Virus record (IMG/VR): IMGVR_UViG_3300009431_000002
Span: 96,001 to 160,000 of that record
Reading direction: 5' to 3' (one strand)
Length of the DNA stretch: 64,000 nt
From: a virus
Taxonomy: Duplodnaviria; Caudoviricetes
Positions within the stretch are counted from its first letter, which is position 1; every line of letters begins with the position of its first letter. Shown here in pieces: positions 53,212-60,043 of the stretch. A model generated the notes under the pieces. It searched no databases. It saw only the letters and a program-made list of their open reading frames with translations, and was not told where the DNA came from. Made by a program: the position numbers and the translations under genes.

Positions 53212-53630
53212 CCGCCGACGACGCGGCGCCCGACGCTACGTTCGCACTGGCGTACTGCACCCTGCTCGCCCACGACATCATCGCTGAGGCGTTGGACGGG
53301 GACCCCGAGGACTGGCCCGACTACATCCAGCTGTGCTGCGACGAAGTGAACTGCGCCGAGTGCGCGCTCCTCGCCGGCTTCCTGGAGGGTTCCGAGTTCT
53401 CGTGGGTCTGCGCCACCTGCGCCACCGCCTTCCCACACCACATCGGCTTCTGGATCTCGGGGACCTGCGACGCCTGCGACGGCGTCGTCACAACAGGTAC
53501 ACGCCGCTCCCCCGTCGTCACGACCGACGACGACCACGCCGAGTCCTGCGTCCTTCAACTGATCGAGGAGCAGCCGGTCCTCCGCGACCGGCTCCGCCGG
53601 ATGCAAGCACTGGTGGAGCGGCATGCGTAG
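53208..53630 (+). CDS. Cys-rich hypothetical protein (start uncertain; possibly CTG)
   Basis: CCDEVNCAEC, CATC, CDAC in the native-looking part of the open frame; CTGA overlap with the upstream stop. Confidence 0.5.
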   Translation: MTADDAAPDATFALAYCTLLAHDIIAEALDGDPEDWPDYIQLCCDEVNCAECALLAGFLEGSEFSWVCATCATAFPHHIGFWISGTCDACDGVVTTGTRRSPVVTTDDDHAESCVLQLIEEQPVLRDRLRRMQALVERHA

Positions 53631-53928
53631 GGCGCTACGATTCAGCGACCTCACGCGCCGCGCCAAGGAGGACCGAGAGGAGGCCCTCCGCCAGGACGAC
53701 GCCGGCGAACCACGAGTCATCTGCGACTACTGCGACCAGCCAATCGTGCCCGGAGAGGTCGGCTTCGCCATCCAGCAATTCGAGGTGGTGGTGAGCAACA
53801 AGTCCGGGCGCGACGTCTACCAGGACATCCACATGGAGGACGGGTCCTCCGAGAAGTGCTACCACTTCACGTGTCTCGCCGAGCACATCACCCAGCCGTG
53901 CATCATCGGAGCCGAGCATGAAATGTGA
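53623..53928 (+). CDS. Small zinc-finger protein (CxxC...HxxC)
   Basis: ICDYCDQP...CYHFTCL. Confidence 0.7.
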   Translation: MRRALRFSDLTRRAKEDREEALRQDDAGEPRVICDYCDQPIVPGEVGFAIQQFEVVVSNKSGRDVYQDIHMEDGSSEKCYHFTCLAEHITQPCIIGAEHEM

Positions 53929-54187
53929 CTGGTGCGACTGCGAGTTCGAGCCCGATGAGGAGGCCATGCTGGTCATCGAGGGGCAGATGACCCTCTCCCC
54001 CAAGTCCGAGCGCCTGGTGCTGGGCAAGGAGATGACCCCCAAGTACTTCCACAAGGCCTGCCTCTACGAGGTGGCCATGCACGCGATGGAGCTCGACGAC
54101 GAGTACCTCGCCCAGGTCGGCGCCAACGTGCGCGAGATGCTGGAGGAGGAACTGCGCGAGAAGATCTACGACGAGCTGACTGCCTGA
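53918..54187 (+). CDS. Small zinc-finger protein (CxxC...HxxC), paralog of 53623-53928
   Basis: KCDWCDCE...YFHKACL. Confidence 0.7.
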   Translation: MKCDWCDCEFEPDEEAMLVIEGQMTLSPKSERLVLGKEMTPKYFHKACLYEVAMHAMELDDEYLAQVGANVREMLEEELREKIYDELTA

Positions 54188-54202
54188 CGACACAGTGTCG
54201 TC
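54186..54202. repeat. Palindrome copy 6 (GACGACACAGTGTCGTC)
   Basis: Begins at the stop of 53918-54187, just before the terminator. Confidence 0.85.
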
Positions 54203-54208
54203 GACGCC

Positions 54209-54232
54209 GAGTGGGGGCCGCCCCACTCTTTT
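54209..54232 (+). terminator. Intrinsic terminator
   Basis: GAGTGGGG-GCCG-CCCCACTC followed by TTTT, between convergent genes. Confidence 0.85.
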
Positions 54233-54241
54233 AGATCGGGA

Positions 54242-56239
54242 TCAGACGACCGCCCGCTCGAGGGGCCGGCGCGGGGGCTTCTGCTCGGGGAGGGGCTGCT
54301 GAAGCGGATTCAGCGTGTCTCGCTGGCCTCCATCGCCCTCGCTCAGCAGGGCCTGGACCATGCGGTAGATGTCGGGGCTGCCCATCCGCAGCTTCTGCAT
54401 GGCCTGCGGGAACATGGCCGGCTGCTCGTCCTGGATCCGGCGCATCTCCGTGGCGATGCGTCGCGCGACGAAGCGGACGTCGACCATCTCGTTGCCGCCG
54501 GTCATCTGCCCCATGTGCATGGGGGACTGGACCTCCTGCGGGAGGTTGTCGACGTACACGGCCGCGCCGTCCGGCACACCCGGACCGATCTGCTCGCCGC
54601 GCATGACCGATGGCTGGGTCTGCGGCAGCTCGGCGTAGGACGGCGGGGACTCCGGCGGCTGCTGCATCTGCATCTGCATGTGCTGGGCCTGGATCTCGTA
54701 GCGGAGGGCCGCCAGCTGGGCCTCCCCCTGCGCCGCGGCCTGGGCCACCACCATCTCGCGGTTGGCTGCCACCTGCTTGACCAGCTCCTGCTTCTTCCGC
54801 TTCTCCTCGGTCTCCAAGTCCTCGCCGAGCTCGCGGAGGAACGTGGTGTCGGAGATCTTCATGGCCTGGTTCGCCTGGAAGTAGACCATCAGCCTCTGCA
54901 GGTCGTCGGCCATCTTGAACCGCTCGAACCGGATGGGCACCCTCGGCCAGCCGAGGAACTCGCAGATGCGGCCCATGACGAAGTCGCCAACCAGCCGGAG
55001 TTGGTCGTCGCGGTACCCACTGAACTGGTTCTCGAGGATGCGCATCGACACGTTGGTGCCGGTGTACTGCATGCCACCGAAGATGAACTCGATGGGCACG
55101 TTCATGCCCGCGATGATCTGCTCGCTCCAGACCCGCAGCTCCTGGTGGAGGATGAGCGCCCGTCCCTGGCCGCCGATCATCTCGTGGCCGAGTGGGATGG
55201 GCATCAGCGGGATGTAGTTGGGGTCCTGGCGCCAGCGAGCGATCTCCTCCTGGACCTGGTCCTTCCACTCCCCGAGGTTGATCATCGTGATGGGGTCGCC
55301 GGTCTGCCCGTTGGCCTGCGGGTACAGCACGCGCAGCGGGACGATGTGCTCCTGGGCGATCATCTCCTGGCCCTTGCGCAGGACCTGCAGGTAGAAGATG
55401 TCCTTGAGCACGGGCAGGACCAGCGGCATGCCCCAGCCCTGGTCCTTCTGGGCGATGATGGGCCGCTTGAGGTGGAACAGCGTGCCCGGCGCGAACTTCA
55501 CCGACTTCTTCTTCCGCATCGCCTCGATGAAGGTGTCGGGCACCGTCTCGATGACGTTGCGGCGGCCGATGGTGATGGCGTTCTTCAGCTTCTGCGGCAG
55601 CTTGTAGAAGTAGGTCGGGTCGGTGACGCCCTCGTTGTCGTCGATCTCCACCCGCTCCGGGTCCCACCGGACCAGCCGGATGCCCTTGGCCGTCCGCATG
55701 GCCTCGTCGTGGACCTCGGCCGGCCGGCGCTCCCCGCACTCGGGGCAGGTCAGGTAGTAGACCATCTCCTGGTAGCGGTAGTGCCTGCGGAGCTTGTCGA
55801 TGGGCGCCTTGTGGCCGCAGTGACGGCACTTGAGGTGCTTGACGAAGGGGAAGTGCACCGTGACGAAGGCGTTGCCGTAGTTGTAGTAGTCCAGCCCCAC
55901 CTCGATCTGGAACTTGCGGACCTGGAGCTGGTCCTCGAAGAGGTGGCGGTACCGCTCTCGGACGTCCTTGTCGTCGGCCTCGTAGATGATCTTGGTGATG
56001 GGGTACTCGGCCAGCTTGTACACGACCGCGTTGATGAGCGGGTTCGTGAAGAAGAAGTACCGGCACCACTGCAGCATCTGCTTGAGGCGCGCGGGGAAGT
56101 ACGTCTGGGCGGCGTCGAAGAACGGGTTGGGGTACCGCACCCCGGTCCGCTGCATGCTCGAGCCGAGCGTGACGGGCGTGCGGGAGAAGCGGGTCAGCCC
56201 GTCACCGTAGGAGACGCCGGTGTACCCGAGGCCTGGCAT
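54242..56239 (-). CDS. Portal protein with zinc-ribbon insertion, 665 aa
   Basis: NPLINAVVYKLAEYPIT, GLDYYNYGNAFV, GWGMPLVLPVLK are portal-like; insertion CRHC...CPEC; Q/M/P-rich C-terminal tail. Confidence 0.85.
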   Translation of the reverse strand: MPGLGYTGVSYGDGLTRFSRTPVTLGSSMQRTGVRYPNPFFDAAQTYFPARLKQMLQWCRYFFFTNPLINAVVYKLAEYPITKIIYEADDKDVRERYRHLFEDQLQVRKFQIEVGLDYYNYGNAFVTVHFPFVKHLKCRHCGHKAPIDKLRRHYRYQEMVYYLTCPECGERRPAEVHDEAMRTAKGIRLVRWDPERVEIDDNEGVTDPTYFYKLPQKLKNAITIGRRNVIETVPDTFIEAMRKKKSVKFAPGTLFHLKRPIIAQKDQGWGMPLVLPVLKDIFYLQVLRKGQEMIAQEHIVPLRVLYPQANGQTGDPITMINLGEWKDQVQEEIARWRQDPNYIPLMPIPLGHEMIGGQGRALILHQELRVWSEQIIAGMNVPIEFIFGGMQYTGTNVSMRILENQFSGYRDDQLRLVGDFVMGRICEFLGWPRVPIRFERFKMADDLQRLMVYFQANQAMKISDTTFLRELGEDLETEEKRKKQELVKQVAANREMVVAQAAAQGEAQLAALRYEIQAQHMQMQMQQPPESPPSYAELPQTQPSVMRGEQIGPGVPDGAAVYVDNLPQEVQSPMHMGQMTGGNEMVDVRFVARRIATEMRRIQDEQPAMFPQAMQKLRMGSPDIYRMVQALLSEGDGGQRDTLNPLQQPLPEQKPPRRPLERAVV

Positions 56240-57178
56240 CTACGCCCTCCTCTCGGCCGAAGGCGCGAAGAGCGTGGTGCTGGGCGTCGTCGCCCCCGAG
56301 GGCGTGGGCGGCGGCCGCAGGGACTGCTGCCTGCGCTTGTGGTAGCCCAGCAGCTTGTCGATGCCCTTGCCCAGCGTGCCCATCGACCTGGAGCCGACCT
56401 CCCAGCCCGCGATGGATCCCCCGAAGCCGGTGGGCATCCCCGCGACCATGCCGGCGTGACCGCCGAGGTGCTGCAGCGCTCGTTCTGCGTGGCCCCGCGG
56501 CTTCCCGCCACCGAAGGCGTGCGGGTCGTCGCGCTTGACGATGTGAGGGGAGAAGGCTCCGCCGAAGCCCGCCAGCATGGACTTGCCTCCCACCGGCGCG
56601 TACTTGGTCAGCTCGCCGGACCCAGTCCAGCCGCGGCGCGACAGCTCCTCAGCCAGCTCACGAGGCCGGGTCGCCACGTCACGGAGCCGCTGCGACTCGT
56701 CGAAGAGGTGACTCGTCTCGGCGTGGGGCCGCACGGCCTTGGCTTGCTCCCCCATCGCGCGCCGAGTGCCCGAGCCGCCGGCCCACTCCGGTGCGTACCA
56801 CCTGTAGGCGCCCTCGGCCTTCCGGGTCTCCTTCATACCCTCCTGCAGCGCCTTGTGCGCGGCGGGGTCACCCCTGACGGCCTGCATGATGTCCTCGGGC
56901 AGGCCCTTGGTCTTGGCGTAGCTGGCCCAGTCGTCGAACCCGGCCCGGCGGGCCTCGAGCATCAGCCGCTGCGTGGCCCCCTCCACCGGGCTGAGGTGCT
57001 CCCAGCCCCGACGAAGGATCTGTCCCGTGCGGCGCGGGTCGAAGGTCTTGGCGGCGGTGGCGGTGCCGTGCGCCGCGGAGGTGAGCTGGTTGAGGAGGAA
57101 GCGAAGCGGGTTGGCCTGCTTCTCCAGCTCGTCCTCGAACGCATCCAGTCGAGCTGGCGTCAGGGCGCGAGAAGCCAT
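56240..57178 (-). CDS. Tagged glycine-zipper protein, about 312 aa
   Basis: RLDAFEDELEKQA near the N-terminus; two hydrophobic Gly-rich segments near the C-terminus; no Cys seen. Confidence 0.65.
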   Translation of the reverse strand: MASRALTPARLDAFEDELEKQANPLRFLLNQLTSAAHGTATAAKTFDPRRTGQILRRGWEHLSPVEGATQRLMLEARRAGFDDWASYAKTKGLPEDIMQAVRGDPAAHKALQEGMKETRKAEGAYRWYAPEWAGGSGTRRAMGEQAKAVRPHAETSHLFDESQRLRDVATRPRELAEELSRRGWTGSGELTKYAPVGGKSMLAGFGGAFSPHIVKRDDPHAFGGGKPRGHAERALQHLGGHAGMVAGMPTGFGGSIAGWEVGSRSMGTLGKGIDKLLGYHKRRQQSLRPPPTPSGATTPSTTLFAPSAERRA

Positions 57179-58041
57179 GGCCGCATCATCTCCATCTGTT
57201 GGGCCAGCTGGCGCCGGCGCAGCTTCATGTACTCCCGCGCCCGCAACACTCTGGCCACGCATCGATCCACCTGGGTCTCCCCCAGATCTACTTGGTCCAG
57301 GCCCTTACCGGCAACTGATTCGTACCGCTCCTTGACCGGCCGGTAGTCGTTGATGAAGTAGCGCTCGACCTTCCCGTGCCCCAGCTTCTTCGCCGGCGAG
57401 TCCGCCGTGGGCTTGCCATCGAGGTTGTGCTCACCTCGGAAGCGCTTGGCGCAGACGTCACACGTGTCGTCCTCGAGGTCGTCCTCGTCCTCGTTGCCGC
57501 AGCTGGTACACCTGTACATCGGCCGCGCGGCCAGCCGCTGTGCGAAGTCCAACGGCGGCGGGAGGAACCACACGCCGTCCGACAGCGCGGCCGCGGCGAC
57601 GAACCGGGCCACCTCGTCCGAGAACTTCCGGCCGTCCACACTCTCCATCATGTCCACGCCGGCCGCCAGCGCGTCGAAGGAGGGCTGCTGGATGATGTCG
57701 AACCTCGGGATGTTGTTGTTCAGCGCCTGGATGGTGGGGACGAAGGCGTCCCAGCTGATCCAGCAGGCGTCCGTGGCGTGCAGCGTCTTCACCGCCATGA
57801 TCTTGTTGCGGTTCAGCTCGCTGATCTCCAGCTGTCCACCGCCGAGCAGAGCCTGCCCGAAGTACCGCTTGATGCCGTCCCACACAGCCTCCGGCACCCA
57901 CTCCCACCAGTCCTTCCCGAAGGCGGTGACGATGACGGCGTCGAGGACCAAGGGGTGTGCGTCGTGGTGGCGAAAGAGCGTGGCTGGCCGAATGTCGTCC
58001 GGCTGGGTGGTCAAAGCGGTGGCCGGGGACGCATCAGCCAT
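57160..58041 (-). CDS. Hypothetical virion-module protein with CxxC...CxxC motif
   Basis: RCTSCG...TCDVC; overlaps neighbours in the operon. Confidence 0.7.
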   Translation of the reverse strand: MADASPATALTTQPDDIRPATLFRHHDAHPLVLDAVIVTAFGKDWWEWVPEAVWDGIKRYFGQALLGGGQLEISELNRNKIMAVKTLHATDACWISWDAFVPTIQALNNNIPRFDIIQQPSFDALAAGVDMMESVDGRKFSDEVARFVAAAALSDGVWFLPPPLDFAQRLAARPMYRCTSCGNEDEDDLEDDTCDVCAKRFRGEHNLDGKPTADSPAKKLGHGKVERYFINDYRPVKERYESVAGKGLDQVDLGETQVDRCVARVLRAREYMKLRRRQLAQQMEMMRPWLLAP

Positions 58042-59128
58042 GCGCAATCGTCTGCATGCCGACAGGGCTGTGGCCCGTGTCCGAGGCCAGCCGGGCGAGC
58101 GTGACCTTGTTGATGTCGGGCAGCGACTTGAACACGGAGACGGGGTCCTTGGCGAACTGCGTGGCGAAGTCGTCGCCGAAGTGGTCCTTGAGCAGCTGCC
58201 GATTGGCAGACAGGAGCCGCAGGTCGGCCTCGGTCACGCGCTCGGCGCCCTCCACCCACACGAAGTCCTCGGCGGTCTTCTCGAAGCAGGTGGAGACGGG
58301 GTCCAGCACGTGCTGGTCCCAGAGGTGGTCGAGGCCCGTCTGCTCGTCGAACAGCGTCAGGGCCGTGGCGAGCTTCTCGGGGTTGGCGCGTTCGTCGCCG
58401 GCGGACTTCACGAGGACGTCGAGCACCGGGTGCATGCTGGCCGGCACGTACTGGCGCCGCGCCTCGATGTACATACCGGCGTCGGGAGCGAGCGCGGTGC
58501 CGGCGTACTTCTCGATGTCGTGCGATGGCACGGGGATCCCCAGGTCGGCGGCGCGGGACGCCAGCTTCGTGGCGAACTCGCGGCGGTCGTTGGGATGGAA
58601 GCGCAGCATGTTCTCCCGGAAGAAGCCCATGCCGGCGGCGACCTCCTCGTAGGAGCGCAGCGGGTACTTGCCGAGGGCCACGCAGTCCGCTTCGGCCAGC
58701 TTCTCCTGCTCCATCACCGGCGCAGTGGCCAGCACGGAGTCCACGACCTCGGCCGTCTTCACGCCATCGGCGGTGAGGGCCAGCCCGATCTTCACCAGAT
58801 CCAGCGGGACCTGCATCTGGTGGGCCTCGTGGGCGTCGATCAGGTTGTTCACGACCTGCAGCTGGGCCTCCTTGGACAGGTGGCCCCGCTGGGACAGGAA
58901 GTAATGGGCGGACATCCATGTATTGCCGGGGTCGATGGTGGCATACTTGCAGAACAGGTTGCCGTCGACGGACGCGACGAGCGCGAAGTTCTTGGCCGGC
59001 AGAGCCTGACGCTCCTCGGGAGACAGGAAGGCTGCCGTCTTGGCCATGTCGGGGAGTTGGTCCTGGGGGACGGTACTGGCGAGCAGCGCCGCCTGGTCGT
59101 CATAGACGTCGAGGATCAATCCAGACAT
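58034..59128 (-). CDS. K-x-A-rich head-module protein, 364 aa (first gene of the portal operon)
   Basis: AKTAA, VKTAE, EKLAE, VKSAG, EKLAT, EKTAE; AGGAG RBS. Confidence 0.7.
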   Translation of the reverse strand: MSGLILDVYDDQAALLASTVPQDQLPDMAKTAAFLSPEERQALPAKNFALVASVDGNLFCKYATIDPGNTWMSAHYFLSQRGHLSKEAQLQVVNNLIDAHEAHQMQVPLDLVKIGLALTADGVKTAEVVDSVLATAPVMEQEKLAEADCVALGKYPLRSYEEVAAGMGFFRENMLRFHPNDRREFATKLASRAADLGIPVPSHDIEKYAGTALAPDAGMYIEARRQYVPASMHPVLDVLVKSAGDERANPEKLATALTLFDEQTGLDHLWDQHVLDPVSTCFEKTAEDFVWVEGAERVTEADLRLLSANRQLLKDHFGDDFATQFAKDPVSVFKSLPDINKVTLARLASDTGHSPVGMQTIAHG

Positions 59129-59160
59129 GGAGACTCCTGTGAATGAGGCGGTCCAGTGGA

Positions 59161-59190
59161 ATCGTAGGCCCCTGCGCGCACGCGAGTCAA
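59161..59190 (-). promoter_or_regulatory. Sigma70-like promoter TTGACT-N18-TACGAT for the portal operon
   Basis: Plus-strand AGTCAA at 59185-59190 and ATCGTA at 59161-59166. Confidence 0.7.
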
Positions 59191-59212
59191 GTGCAACGTC
59201 TCCCGGGAAGCC

Positions 59213-59228
59213 GGCATAAGAAAAGCAG
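59213..59228 (+). promoter_or_regulatory. Intergenic motif GGCATAAGAAAAGCAG
   Basis: Upstream of the replication operon starting at 59259; near-identical to 28885-28900. Confidence 0.55.
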
Positions 59229-59258
59229 ATTGTAATCTGAAACCCTGCTCCGAGGAGG

Positions 59259-59645
59259 ATGCCTATCGTGACCCGAGCAGCCGCGAGAGCGATTCGTTAC
59301 TCAGACCTTGCGCCGTCACCGACGACGTACCCCCGCAACCGCCCGCCGTGTTTCGGCAAGCAGTACGACCCAGCCGACGCCGAGTGCCGGCACCAGTGCT
59401 CCCACAAGAGCGCCTGTGCCCCGATCTTCCGCCAGACCCACGGGGTCCGCGTCCCCGCAACCACCACCAGCTCCGCCGTGGCGGACCGAGAGCAGACCGA
59501 GCTCCCGGAGTACACGGAGGTCGCTGCCCCCGACGAGAGCTTCTGGGCGAAGCTCGCCTTCAACTCCGCCCTGCAGGCTGTGGAGTCCGTGGTCCACGAG
59601 ATGCACTACGCCATCCGCTCCGTCCCGAGGAAGGAGTACTTCTGA
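59259..59645 (+). CDS. Small protein with four-Cys cluster, 128 aa
   Basis: CFGKQYDPADAECRHQCSHKSAC; GAGGAGG RBS. Confidence 0.7.
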   Translation: MPIVTRAAARAIRYSDLAPSPTTYPRNRPPCFGKQYDPADAECRHQCSHKSACAPIFRQTHGVRVPATTTSSAVADREQTELPEYTEVAAPDESFWAKLAFNSALQAVESVVHEMHYAIRSVPRKEYF

Positions 59646-60043
59646 TGGCCATGCTCAGCGTGGGCCAGACGTTCAAGCGATACCGCGAGCGCGCCAGGTT
59701 CAGCAGCTGTGCCGCCGTGGCTGGCCCCATGGGCATCTCGGGTGAGTACATCCGGCAGATCGAGAAGAAGGGGAAGATCCCCAGCGACAAGGTCGTGAAC
59801 AGCTTCATCGAGGTCTGCCGGATGCCGACCGAGGCTGCCGACGCCCTGCGGAAGGCGGTCGTCGCCGCCCGCCTCAAGCGCACACACGGCCGCAACCTCA
59901 CCCATTTCAAGGGTGCGGACCAGGTGGCCTCCGGCGTCTGCGACGACCTCCGGGAACTGCTCGACAAGATGGGGCTCATCGAAGAGGATGTGGACGCCAT
60001 CCTCGAGACCGCTCGTCAGGGGATCGTATCGAGGCTCCGGTGA
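59645..60043 (+). CDS. XRE/Cro-family HTH protein
   Basis: VGQTFKRYRER...AVAGPMGISGEYIRQIEKKGKIPS; TGATG coupling. Confidence 0.75.
   Translation: MAMLSVGQTFKRYRERARFSSCAAVAGPMGISGEYIRQIEKKGKIPSDKVVNSFIEVCRMPTEAADALRKAVVAARLKRTHGRNLTHFKGADQVASGVCDDLRELLDKMGLIEEDVDAILETARQGIVSRLR

Noticed and set aside
7984-54200. Palindrome as a restriction site or REP/terminator element
   Set aside because: Too long for a typical restriction site and over- rather than under-represented; no U-tract, and four of six copies are inside coding sequence.
57454-57471. Near-match to the palindrome (GACGTCACACGTGTCGTC)
   Set aside because: Lacks the central base and one arm is broken; explained by the encoded DDTCDV zinc-finger peptide.
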